NCBI GenBank assembly: GCA_020352555.1
Contig: CP070680.1
Location: 1,620,603 to 1,684,602, forward strand
DNA from: a candidate division WOR-3 bacterium
Lineage (GTDB): Bacteria; Hydrothermota; Tepidihabitantia; Tepidihabitantales; Tepidihabitantaceae
Direction: 5' to 3'
DNA: 64,000 bases
Part shown: positions 9,698 through 18,653 of the stretch, piece by piece
Layout: each line of letters starts with the position of its first letter
How positions within the stretch are numbered: position 1 is the stretch's first letter
The notes under the pieces: model-generated
Seen by the model: the letters and a program-made list of their open reading frames with translations, nothing else
Database searches by the model: none
What the model was told of the DNA's origin: nothing
Program-made: the position numbers and the translations under genes

Positions 9698-10530
9698 TAC
9701 TTGCGGTCCTCCTTAACGGGATTTCTCGCGAAATCGACAACCTCACGCACCACCCATGCCGGTGTGGACGACCCGGCCACCACCCCGATCCTGGTTCTCC
9801 GGCTGAGAGCACAGTAGGGCAGCTCAGAGGCGCGCTCAACGTACGCCAACTCCTTTCCCGCCGCGCGGACAATCTCTGCAAGGCGTGAAGTGTTGGCGCT
9901 GTTGCGCCCGCCGACCACGATCACCAATTCGGCCTTCTGGGCCAGACGGGCTGCCGCCTCTTGCCGAGCCGTTACCTCCTTACACGTAGTGTCGAAGGCG
10001 CGAAGCTCAGTATAGCGAAACCGGCTCAGCTTGGCAACAGCTTCCCTGAACCGCTCAGCCGACATCGTTGTCTGGGCAACGACGCCGACCTTTGCGCCCT
10101 TGAGCCTCATCCTGGGTGTGTATACCCGTCCCGCCCTGCCGCTGTGCCCGAGTATGCCTTTCACTTCCGGGTGGTTGCGCTCGCCCACGACCACGATCTC
10201 GTACCCCTGCTCCTTCAGCCGCCGGGCAACGCTCTGTACCTTGTGAACATAAGGACAGGTCGCGTCGATTGTCCTGATCCCGAACTCCTGGCACCGGTTC
10301 AGCACTCCGGGCGGGCAGCCGTGTGCCCGGATCACCAGCGCCCCGTCTCCTGCCCGCCGCACGTCCCGCACCGCCCTGATCCCTTCTCGCTCCAGCTCCT
10401 CCAGGACCAGCGGGTTGTGTACCAGCTCGCCCAGCGTGTACACGCGACCGTACTTCTTCTTGCCCTGCTTGGCCATCCGTATCGCCCGCTCCACCCCAAA
10501 GCAGAACCCGGTCGGCCTGGCCACGGTCAC
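9697..10530 (-). CDS. ispH: 4-hydroxy-3-methylbut-2-enyl diphosphate reductase
   Basis: LytB motifs: GFCFGVERAI, a conserved Cys at IDATCPYV, and NSANTSRL. The first ~147 aa of the listed ORF are an off-frame extension. Start assigned to a GTG (VTVARPTGF). The stop overlaps the rpsA start by 1 nt. Confidence 0.85.
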   Translation of the reverse strand: MTVARPTGFCFGVERAIRMAKQGKKKYGRVYTLGELVHNPLVLEELEREGIRAVRDVRRAGDGALVIRAHGCPPGVLNRCQEFGIRTIDATCPYVHKVQSVARRLKEQGYEIVVVGERNHPEVKGILGHSGRAGRVYTPRMRLKGAKVGVVAQTTMSAERFREAVAKLSRFRYTELRAFDTTCKEVTARQEAAARLAQKAELVIVVGGRNSANTSRLAEIVRAAGKELAYVERASELPYCALSRRTRIGVVAGSSTPAWVVREVVDFARNPVKEDRK

Positions 10531-10553
10531 CCTCCGCTTCCTCCCAGGCCGGT

Positions 10554-11189
10554 TCAATCGCCCAGTTCTCTTGCGCACCGCTCGACTTCCTTGGTCACTT
10601 CTGCATAGCCCTTGCGCCCGGGCCTGAAATCCTGGGGCCTCACCGGCCTGCCGAAAGCCACTTTTATCCTGGTCTTCCCGGTCGGCCGGCTGCGCAGCCC
10701 AAGCCGCGCGAAATCCCTGTCCACCTTGTACGATATCCAGGAACGCTCGATCCCCTGCATCCTCACCGGGATGACGGGCACCCGGTTCTCGACCGCCAGC
10801 AGCCCGACCCCGAGCCGGTACCGCTGCATCCTGCCCGACCGGCTCCGAGAGCCTTCTGGGAACAACACCAGGGACTGACGGTGCTGGAGCAGCCACGAAC
10901 ACCGGTCCAGCGCTTCGGTGTCGCCAGACCCCCGCCTGACCGGCCACGCGTTCCAGCCTCTGATCAGCCACTCAAACCAGCGATTGGCGGTGAACAGCTC
11001 TTCCTTGGCCAGGAAATGGACCTCGCGCCCCGAACTCCAGCCCACGATCAGCGGGTCGATGTTGGAGACGTGGTTGCACGCCAGAATCTGGGGCCCGTCC
11101 ACGAGGTTGCGCCGCCCTCTGACTTCGACCCCCAGCAGCTTGGCGAAAGGGTACAGACCCAGCCGTACGAGACGCCAGCGGACCTTCAA
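10554..11189 (-). CDS. 1-acyl-sn-glycerol-3-phosphate acyltransferase-like (PlsC family)
   Basis: Acyltransferase motifs NHVSNIDP (HX4D) and FPEGSRS. Putative TTG start overlaps the cmk stop (…AGCTTGAAGG…). The upstream portion of the long ORF is off-frame. Confidence 0.75.
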   Translation of the reverse strand: MKVRWRLVRLGLYPFAKLLGVEVRGRRNLVDGPQILACNHVSNIDPLIVGWSSGREVHFLAKEELFTANRWFEWLIRGWNAWPVRRGSGDTEALDRCSWLLQHRQSLVLFPEGSRSRSGRMQRYRLGVGLLAVENRVPVIPVRMQGIERSWISYKVDRDFARLGLRSRPTGKTRIKVAFGRPVRPQDFRPGRKGYAEVTKEVERCARELGD

Positions 11190-11884
11190 GCTCGCTCCAT
11201 GAGCGCCAGCCTGCGCCGGACCAGCGAGCACACTATCTCGACCTGCTCCTCGATCGTCAGCATCGTGGTATCCAGCAGCACCGCGTCCGCTACCCTGACC
11301 AAAGGCGCGACCTTGCGCCCCGAATCCAGCCGGTCCCGCCTGCGCAGATTGGCGGTCACCGAAGTCCGGCTCGTCCGCATCCCGTCCTCGCGCCACTCCG
11401 CCACCCGACGTGCCGCGCGCTCGGGGACATCGCAGTCCAGGTAGACCTTCAGCCCTGCGTCCGGGAACACGACGCTGCCGATATCGCGGCCTTCGCATAC
11501 AAGGTTCCGGCCCAGAGCCGCCCGGCGCTGCTCGACCTTCATCTTGTCGCGCACCGCCGGAACCGCCGATACTTCGGACACATAGCCTGTGACCTCCGGT
11601 GTCCGGATCGCCGACGTCACATCGCGTCGGTCCAGCTTCACCCATAGCCTGCCTTTGCACCAGCTCAGGTCGATTCTGGTCGCGCGCAGCAACCGCGCCA
11701 TTCCGGCTTTGTCAGTGATTCTTGTGCCTGTTTCCAGCACCTTGAGCGTCATCGCCCGATACATCGCGCCTGTATCCATGTAGTCGAACCCGAGCCTGCG
11801 GGCTGACGCCTTGGCGGTGGTGCTCTTGCCCGAGCCGGCAGTTCCGTCGATCGCGACCACAAAGCCGGGTTCACGCAGCTTCAT
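11186..11884 (-). CDS. cmk: Cytidylate kinase
   Basis: P-loop AIDGTAGSGKST plus Cmk-specific core and lid motifs. Start taken at MKLREPG. Confidence 0.85.
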   Translation of the reverse strand: MKLREPGFVVAIDGTAGSGKSTTAKASARRLGFDYMDTGAMYRAMTLKVLETGTRITDKAGMARLLRATRIDLSWCKGRLWVKLDRRDVTSAIRTPEVTGYVSEVSAVPAVRDKMKVEQRRAALGRNLVCEGRDIGSVVFPDAGLKVYLDCDVPERAARRVAEWREDGMRTSRTSVTANLRRRDRLDSGRKVAPLVRVADAVLLDTTMLTIEEQVEIVCSLVRRRLALMERA

Positions 11885-11979
11885 TGTCGGTGGCAATATA
11901 GCAGACTATCGATTGGCTGCAACAAGGCTGTGACCGGGGTGGGCCCGGAAGTCAGGCAGGAGTCTTGCGGGCCGATGCC

Positions 11980-12456
11980 CTACTCGGCCGATTCCCGCAC
12001 CGCGTGCTGCTGGACGAGCTGAAGCTGCATGTGGCGCAGGCGCGAGGCGACCGTCTTGGCGACCGCCTTCATCATCGAGTAGCCGAGCTGCGGGTCGTTT
12101 CCGAACTCCTGCTCCAGCTCCTGCACCTTGAACTCAAGCACGGTGCAGTCCACCAGCGTCTTGCCCCCGGCGGTGTAGTTCGGGTTGCCCACCAGCCCGG
12201 ACCAGGCGAACATCTGCCCTGGCCCGACCGTCGTGACGATGTAGCTTTTCTTCGACACCCCAAAGTCCATGTCGAGCGTAATCGCCATCCTGCCTTTGAT
12301 CAGGATGTAGAATCTCGTCGCCGGGTCGCCCTGCGGGTCGACCACGGTTCCGGCTTTGACCTCGCGCACACGCGCGAGCTTTGCGACCCGGTCCAGTTCA
12401 TCTTCGCTGACGTGGTCGAAGGCCGAGATGTTCCTGATGAATTCCTTCACATCCAT
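11980..12456 (-). CDS. Stand-alone cyclic-nucleotide-binding domain protein (Crp-like effector domain, no HTH)
   Basis: 158 aa. cNMP-binding beta-roll of the form FGE..L…RSAT…TV. Confidence 0.7.
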   Translation of the reverse strand: MDVKEFIRNISAFDHVSEDELDRVAKLARVREVKAGTVVDPQGDPATRFYILIKGRMAITLDMDFGVSKKSYIVTTVGPGQMFAWSGLVGNPNYTAGGKTLVDCTVLEFKVQELEQEFGNDPQLGYSMMKAVAKTVASRLRHMQLQLVQQHAVRESAE

Positions 12457-12540
12457 CTGAGCTGTCCTTTCGTGTATCTCCAGTCCAGGATAGCCGCAGG
12501 ACCGGCTCTCGTCAAACCCAGATTCTGCAGGAAATGAGGC

Positions 12541-13221
12541 CTAGAACAGGTCGTGGAACGACAAGTCCACGACCCGGTTGAACTGGCTGCCCTCTGGGCC
12601 CAGCAGGTCACGCACCCCGATGCAGAAGCGTGCCTTGTCCCCGAAAGTCCAGCCCATGCCGAAGTTCAGATACCCGATGTCCCGTTCTTCGTCATTCAGG
12701 GCCGCGTCGTACTCCAGGATGAGTTCGAACCCGCCGGGCAGCTGCTGGTTGACTACCGCAAAACCGCTCACCCTTTTCCAGTAGTTGACCCCGAGCTGCA
12801 GGTAGGTGCGACTCACATCCACCGTCTTGCCGAAACCCACGTACCCGCCGGAGGGCAGAATGACGTATCGATCCCGTTCCTCGTCGAACCCGTTGCCGCC
12901 CTGGGTCTCGATCCCCACCGCGAGGTCCGGTATGTACCCCTGCTCCATCAGGATAGCGGCCCGGGCCTGGAATTCGGGGCGCGGGTGCAGAATCGGCTTC
13001 CGGGCGCCCAGGAAGCGGTCTCCACCGTACGACGCACCGACCGTGATGCGGTCGAACAACCCGACCGCAACGCGCGCGACCGCACCGCCTTCTCCCCACA
13101 GCCTCATGCCGACATAGTATTCGCCGTGCACGAGCGACAGCGGAACAGGCTGGTCGACGTTGTAGAGGAGGGCCGAAGCCGGGACACAGGCAACGAGAAG
13201 GGCAACCAGTGCCGCCTTCAT
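12541..13221 (-). CDS. Hypothetical outer-membrane beta-barrel-like protein
   Basis: Signal peptide MKAALVALLVACVPASA. Alternating hydrophobic beta-strand pattern with a C-terminal aromatic residue (…SFHDLF). Confidence 0.45.
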   Translation of the reverse strand: MKAALVALLVACVPASALLYNVDQPVPLSLVHGEYYVGMRLWGEGGAVARVAVGLFDRITVGASYGGDRFLGARKPILHPRPEFQARAAILMEQGYIPDLAVGIETQGGNGFDEERDRYVILPSGGYVGFGKTVDVSRTYLQLGVNYWKRVSGFAVVNQQLPGGFELILEYDAALNDEERDIGYLNFGMGWTFGDKARFCIGVRDLLGPEGSQFNRVVDLSFHDLF

Positions 13222-13347
13222 CAGCAGCAGAATAGGCCGGCTCCCCCAACCTGTCAAGCTAATCAAGAACCGCTGTCGCGGTTGCCCGGCCCAGGCTTGA
13301 GCCGAACCGGTCAGCCTCCACCCGGCCGCCCGGGAACCGGTATGCTG

Positions 13348-14751
13348 TCAATGACGCATGACCACGATCTTGTGCGTTGCCCTGAACCCGGACGCGTCAA
13401 GCCGTACCAGATAGACACCGTCCGCCAGACCACTTACGTCCAGGCTCACTACGCCTCGGCGCCCGACCCTGACCGGCCGACCGGCAACGCTACGACCGGC
13501 GACATCGAGCAGTTCGATTCTTGCCCGCCCGGCAACCGGCAGGTGATAGCGGACAGCCAACCTGCTCTTGCCTGCCGGGTTCGGCGCAATCCGCAATCCG
13601 AAATCAGCGATCCCCAGTCTCCCGGTCTCCTCAATGCCGGTCATGGCCCGGCCCAGAGAATCGGTCTTGACCAGCAGCAGGCTGCCGCCATCGGCACTGC
13701 TTGCACCGGCGATGATGAACCCGAGGTCGCCGGTCTGCTCGACATCATAGGCAGTTTCGTCCTCCGGCCCGCCCAGCACGCTGGTCCAGAGCGTGTCACC
13801 GCTCTCGTCGAGCTTGACCAGCCAGACCCTGGTAGAATCGCGCCACCTTATCTCACCCGCAACCGTGTACCCTCCATCACGGGTCTTGGTCATCGCCCGC
13901 GCCTCGGTCGATGCGCCGTCCGGCGCAAACGACTTTGTCGACACGATGTTGCCCGCAGAGTCGGTCAGCATGACGTAGAGCACCTCCCGATAGCCCAGTG
14001 TGTCGAACTCAGCGCCCACTGCGAAGTACCGGTTGTCCGCTGTCTGGCGGACGTCCCGCAGAACCGGGCCGACCGGGCCGCTGTACAGCCAGCTCGCCCG
14101 CTCTGTTCCGGCCGAGTCGGTCAGCACAATCCGGACGTAGGAATCCATGTAGTCGGTGCAGTCCCCGCACAGCACATAGCCGCCCTCCCGGGTGCGCGAA
14201 ACGCCGCGGGCCCAAGACTCGAACACCCGCGGCTCCTCATAGTACCGGACCCATTCCTCATGCCCGTCCGGCGCAAGCTTGATTGCGCCAAAGTCCGCGA
14301 GAGCATCCGGCAGCCGGCCGACAGCCAGGCACCCGGAGTCCTGGGTCGCGATGACGGCAGATACCAGGCCCCGGGTCTCCGAAACGTGGGACCAGACCGA
14401 GTCTCCGTTACGGTCGTACTTGCTCGTGAAGATGTACCTGCTGTTGACAGTGCCGAGAACGACCGAGCCGCCGTCCGGCAACCCGCAGGCAAAACCGCCG
14501 TCCGGGTCGGTATCCGGGATGTGGCGCACCCAGGTGGTGTCTCCGAGCGAGTCGACCCTGAGCAGCACGATACCGTAGCGCGAGCCCTCGATCCAGGTTC
14601 CGCCGCTCACCAGGTATCCTCCATCCGGCCCCAGCTCGACACTGCGCCCTACTGTCTCCTGGTACCACTGCCAGCGTCGCTCGAACGTGACCGTGGCAGA
14701 AGCCGAACCTATCAGAACCGCCGCCAGAATTGCAGTTTCCTGGAACCTCAT
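13348..14751 (-). CDS. Secreted beta-propeller repeat protein with T9SS C-terminal sorting domain
   Basis: Signal peptide MRFQETAILAAVLIGSASA. About seven repeats of the form GGY.V.G…D..L.K.D..G…W. CTD of the form GVYLVRLDASGFRATHKIVVMRH. Start overlaps the stop of the downstream ASST-like gene. Confidence 0.6.
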   Translation of the reverse strand: MRFQETAILAAVLIGSASATVTFERRWQWYQETVGRSVELGPDGGYLVSGGTWIEGSRYGIVLLRVDSLGDTTWVRHIPDTDPDGGFACGLPDGGSVVLGTVNSRYIFTSKYDRNGDSVWSHVSETRGLVSAVIATQDSGCLAVGRLPDALADFGAIKLAPDGHEEWVRYYEEPRVFESWARGVSRTREGGYVLCGDCTDYMDSYVRIVLTDSAGTERASWLYSGPVGPVLRDVRQTADNRYFAVGAEFDTLGYREVLYVMLTDSAGNIVSTKSFAPDGASTEARAMTKTRDGGYTVAGEIRWRDSTRVWLVKLDESGDTLWTSVLGGPEDETAYDVEQTGDLGFIIAGASSADGGSLLLVKTDSLGRAMTGIEETGRLGIADFGLRIAPNPAGKSRLAVRYHLPVAGRARIELLDVAGRSVAGRPVRVGRRGVVSLDVSGLADGVYLVRLDASGFRATHKIVVMRH

Positions 14752-14752
14752 C

Positions 14753-16657
14753 TCATTGAAGTTTGACCAGCCCTGCGGAGACGTGGGTTCGCGAATCCCG
14801 AAGCCGGCAGTAGTAGACACCACTCGGGACCTCGTGACCGAGTTCATCCCTGCCGTCCCAGACCAGTCGTTCGGCCGGAGGCAAGGTCCTGACCAACCTC
14901 CCGGTCATGTCAATGATCTGCACCGCGCGCTTGCTCTGACCCCCGAAGTCCAAGGCGGTCCGGGCCCGGAAAGGATTGGGCCGGGCGGCAATGCTACCTG
15001 CAGGGCTGCTGACCGGCGTGTGGCCCTTCACCGGTGTCTGCTCGAGCAGTCCGATAAGTTCCTGCAGGTACAGCAGGTACCGGATCGGCGTAAACGCCTC
15101 ACCAGCCTCAGGAATCCAGACCGGCGGGTCCTCCAGGGTGTAGAACCGATTCGGCTCGTTCATCACCGAGTCGTTGACGCGAGTCCAGGGCGAAATCCCC
15201 CGGTCGAGCAACCCGCCCGTGGTCGCGCTGTCGATGAGCGCGATGCAGTGTCGGTTGTCCCTGATAAAAGGGTTATGGTCCTCTGCGGTCTGCACCCGGA
15301 GGTAGTGACAGGGCAGCCGGGACATGTACCTGACCGCCTCGCGCTCCAACCAGAAGGAATCATCGTTGGGCGGAACCGGCACCACTCCGCCCGAATCGAC
15401 ACAAGACTGGTACCGGTCAGCCGGGCCCTCGAAATCGACCAGGAACTTGACCCTCAGCGGGTTGGTCTGGCCGGCCAGCATCCCGCTAGCAAGCGTGACT
15501 CCGTAGCCCTCGGTCAGGATGCCGATACGGCCCGTGTCGATGTCGGGCATCCGGGCGAGCGCTTCGATGGAGGCCTTGAGCCCTTCCTGGTTGATCCGTC
15601 CGTAGTAGTCCTCAGGCCACATGTCGCTGCGGCCCCTTCCGTCGGCGTCGAAGTGCATCGCCGCGAAGCCGTTCGCCGCGATCAGATTCGCCAGCCCGAT
15701 CGAATCGAAGTACGTGCCCGGGCAGACCCCGTCCGGCACCAGCACAACTGCCGGCAGCGGGACCGCCGAAGTCATGGTCGGGCGATGAACGTGCACGAAG
15801 AGCTGGAGGCCCGTGACCGGGTTGCGCACGAAGAACGAGTCGACCACGATCGGCAGGGTCCCGGGCCACTGCCAGGCGACTGAGCCTGAGCTGTCGACCT
15901 CGTAGACCAGCCACGGAGATGAAATCAGCGTACGGCCGTTCGCGAGCCTCTCGGCCATGTAGTTCGTCTGCGGGTGCGTGCTGACCGACCATACCTGCCG
16001 CCCGGCCGTATCGACTTCTACAATCCGGTTGTTATGTGAGTCGGCGATAAGCGTGTTGCCGTTGTCGAGCCGCCGCGCAGACCGCGGCCAGGACAGCCCA
16101 ACGGCATGGCGCCAAACGATCACTCCTGCCTGGTCGACCTCGACGACACGGTCACGCTCCGAGTCGCATATCAGCGTGTTGCCGTTGCCAAGCCGGCTGC
16201 CGTTGTGCGGCCAGACAAGGTTGTCATACGACCACACGATTGCGCGGCCGGTATCGACCTCGATGACCCGGTTGTTGTCGCGGTCCGTAATGAGCGTGTT
16301 GCCGTTACCAAGCCGGTACGCCTCGTTCGGGTATGAGAGACCGTCGATCGACCAGACCTCGCAGCCGACCCTGTCGACCTCGATGACCCGGTTGGCCTCG
16401 GTCGCCGAGATGAGGGTGTTGCCGTTGCGCAGACGCCGGGCCGTGTGCACGTTGTCCAGCCCGCCGCCCAGAGACGCCCAGACGATCCGGCCGAACGAAT
16501 CCACCTCTAGCACCAGCCCGGAATCGCAGGCCCCGAAGTTGCCCGTCGAAATGAGCGTGTTGCCGTCTTGGAGCCGGTCGACACCGAGAACCGTCAGATC
16601 GAGCTGCGCCGTGCCGACCCCGAGGGCAGACAACAGAATCAGTAGTGTTGGCCTCAT
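14753..16657 (-). CDS. ASST-like six-bladed beta-propeller / alpha-beta-hydrolase-like / T9SS CTD protein (paralog A)
   Basis: Signal peptide. Six blades of the form L.NGNTLI…RV.EVD..G..VW. A central domain resembling dienelactone-hydrolase/S9 peptidases (PAVVLVPDG…HFDADGRGRS…), but its nucleophile elbow reads TEGYG rather than GxSxG. Por_Secre_tail CTD (…SGVYYCRLRDSRTHVSAGLVKLQ). Confidence 0.65.
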   Translation of the reverse strand: MRPTLLILLSALGVGTAQLDLTVLGVDRLQDGNTLISTGNFGACDSGLVLEVDSFGRIVWASLGGGLDNVHTARRLRNGNTLISATEANRVIEVDRVGCEVWSIDGLSYPNEAYRLGNGNTLITDRDNNRVIEVDTGRAIVWSYDNLVWPHNGSRLGNGNTLICDSERDRVVEVDQAGVIVWRHAVGLSWPRSARRLDNGNTLIADSHNNRIVEVDTAGRQVWSVSTHPQTNYMAERLANGRTLISSPWLVYEVDSSGSVAWQWPGTLPIVVDSFFVRNPVTGLQLFVHVHRPTMTSAVPLPAVVLVPDGVCPGTYFDSIGLANLIAANGFAAMHFDADGRGRSDMWPEDYYGRINQEGLKASIEALARMPDIDTGRIGILTEGYGVTLASGMLAGQTNPLRVKFLVDFEGPADRYQSCVDSGGVVPVPPNDDSFWLEREAVRYMSRLPCHYLRVQTAEDHNPFIRDNRHCIALIDSATTGGLLDRGISPWTRVNDSVMNEPNRFYTLEDPPVWIPEAGEAFTPIRYLLYLQELIGLLEQTPVKGHTPVSSPAGSIAARPNPFRARTALDFGGQSKRAVQIIDMTGRLVRTLPPAERLVWDGRDELGHEVPSGVYYCRLRDSRTHVSAGLVKLQ

Positions 16658-16700
16658 TTGTCTCCGTGACCGGTCCGGCGAACACCGGACAGGTTGTCGT

Positions 16701-18653
16701 TCACTGCATCTTCACCAGCTTCTGGAACACTTGGGCTCTGCTGGCCTCGAGCCGGCAGCAGTAGACACCGCTCGGGACCTCGCGCCCGAGCTCATCCCTG
16801 CCGTCCCAGACCAGTCGTTCGGCCGGAGGCAAGGTCCTGACCAACCTCCCGGTCATGTCAATGATCTGCACCGCGCGCTTGCTCTGACCCCCGAAGTCCA
16901 AGGCGGTCCGGGCCCGGAAAGGATTGGGCCGGGCGGCAATGCTACCTGCAGGGCTGCTGACCGGCGTGTGGCCCTTCACCGGTGTCTGCTCGAGCAGTCC
17001 GATGAGTTCCTGCAGGTACAGCAGGTATCGGATCGGCGTAAACGCCTCACCGGCCTCAGTAATCCAGACCGGCGGGTCCTCGAGCGTGTAGAACCGGTTA
17101 GGCTCGTTCATCTCCGCGTCATTGACCCGGGTCCAGGGTGAGATGCCTTGGTCCAGCAACCCGCCCATGGTCGCGCTGTCGATGAGGGCGATGCAATGGC
17201 GATTGTCCACGATGAACGGATTGTGGTCCTGCTCGGTCTGGACCCGGAGATAGAGACACGGCATCTGCGACATGAACCGGACCGCCTCGCGCTCCTGCCA
17301 GAATGACTCGGAATCCGGCGGAACCGGGACCACGCCGCCCCCGCCGGTGTACGACTGGTACCGGTCTGCCGGGCCCTCGAAATCGACCAGGAACTTGACC
17401 GCGCGCGGGTTCGCGGTGTTGGCCAACATCCCGGTCGCAAGCGTGATTCCGTAGCCCTCGGTCAGGATCCCGAGTCTGGCCGTGTCCACGTACGACATCC
17501 CGGCCAGCGCTTCGATGCAGGCGAGCAACCCATCCTGGTTTATCCGGCCGTAGTAGTCTTCCGCAAAGCTGTCGCTCCGGCCCCGGCCGTCGACATCGAA
17601 ATGCATGGCCGCGAACCGGTTCCCGGCAATCAGGTCGGCAAGCCCGTTGGTGTCGAAAACATCACCGGTATGCAGCCCGTCCGGCACCAGCACGGCGGCT
17701 GGGACCGGCGCACCCGAGGGCATGACCGGCCGGTGGATGTGGACCCAGAGTGAACAGCCTGACCCCGGGTTGTAGACCCGGAACTCGTCCACTCCGACCT
17801 CCACGGTCCCGGGCCATTGCCAAAGGACCGTACCAGAGCTGTCGAGCTCGACCACGCGGTCGGGTGCGGATACCAGCGTTCGGCCGCTCGGCAGCCGCTC
17901 CGCCGCGTACGGCATCCCGCGCACAGCATACCACCATGCCTCCCTGCCCGCGGTGTCGACTTCGACGACCCGGCTGTGCCTTGAGTCGGCTATGAGCGTG
18001 TTGCCGTTGTCGAGCCGCTGGGCAGACCGCGGCCAGGACAGCCCGTCAGCACAGCGCCAGACGATAGCACCCGCCTGGTCGACTTCGATGACCTGGTCCC
18101 GCTCGGAATCGCAGATCAGCGTGTTGCCGTTGCCAAGCCGGCTGCCGTTGTGCGGCCTGACGAGATTGGCGTACGACCAGATGACGTCGCCGCCGCGGTC
18201 GACTTCGATGACCCGGTCGTTGTTCCGGTCCGTAATCAGCGTGTTGCCGTTCTCAAGCCGGTAGGCATCATTCGGGTAGGACAGCCCGCCGTCGAACCAC
18301 CAGACCTCGTTGCCGAACTCGTCCAGTTCGATGACACGGTCGGCCGCGGTGGCTGATACCAGCGTGTTGCCGTTCGCCAGGCCCCGGGCCGTGTGCACAT
18401 TGTTCAACCCGCCACCGAGAAAGGCCCAGACAACCTGGCCCAGGGAATCCACCTCGAACACCAGCCCGGATTCGCAGGTGTTGAACCGCACGGCCGCGAC
18501 CAGGGTGTTGCCGTTGTCGAGCCTGTCGACCCCGAGGAATGCGGGCTCGAGCTGGGCCAGGCCGGCTCCGGCAGCAACCAGTAGAATCAGTAGTAGTCGC
18601 CTCACTTCGTCTCCGTGACCGGTCCGGCTAGCGTCGGACCGGCTGTTGTTCAC
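16701..18653 (-). CDS. ASST-like six-bladed beta-propeller / alpha-beta-hydrolase-like / T9SS CTD protein (paralog B)
   Basis: Same architecture as paralog A. The 3' ~300 bp are nearly identical to paralog A. The start may be an internal GTG near 18608. Confidence 0.65.
   Translation of the reverse strand: MNNSRSDASRTGHGDEVRRLLLILLVAAGAGLAQLEPAFLGVDRLDNGNTLVAAVRFNTCESGLVFEVDSLGQVVWAFLGGGLNNVHTARGLANGNTLVSATAADRVIELDEFGNEVWWFDGGLSYPNDAYRLENGNTLITDRNNDRVIEVDRGGDVIWSYANLVRPHNGSRLGNGNTLICDSERDQVIEVDQAGAIVWRCADGLSWPRSAQRLDNGNTLIADSRHSRVVEVDTAGREAWWYAVRGMPYAAERLPSGRTLVSAPDRVVELDSSGTVLWQWPGTVEVGVDEFRVYNPGSGCSLWVHIHRPVMPSGAPVPAAVLVPDGLHTGDVFDTNGLADLIAGNRFAAMHFDVDGRGRSDSFAEDYYGRINQDGLLACIEALAGMSYVDTARLGILTEGYGITLATGMLANTANPRAVKFLVDFEGPADRYQSYTGGGGVVPVPPDSESFWQEREAVRFMSQMPCLYLRVQTEQDHNPFIVDNRHCIALIDSATMGGLLDQGISPWTRVNDAEMNEPNRFYTLEDPPVWITEAGEAFTPIRYLLYLQELIGLLEQTPVKGHTPVSSPAGSIAARPNPFRARTALDFGGQSKRAVQIIDMTGRLVRTLPPAERLVWDGRDELGREVPSGVYCCRLEASRAQVFQKLVKMQ

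Noticed and set aside
12553-14766. 737-aa ORF on the + strand
   Set aside because: Antisense shadow ORF spanning two well-supported minus-strand genes. The translation is Arg/Pro/Gly-rich low-complexity sequence typical of off-frame high-GC DNA.
14687-15883. 398-aa + strand ORF
   Set aside because: Antisense to ASST-like paralog A. Its near-duplicate at 15978-17141 is the same artefact on paralog B.
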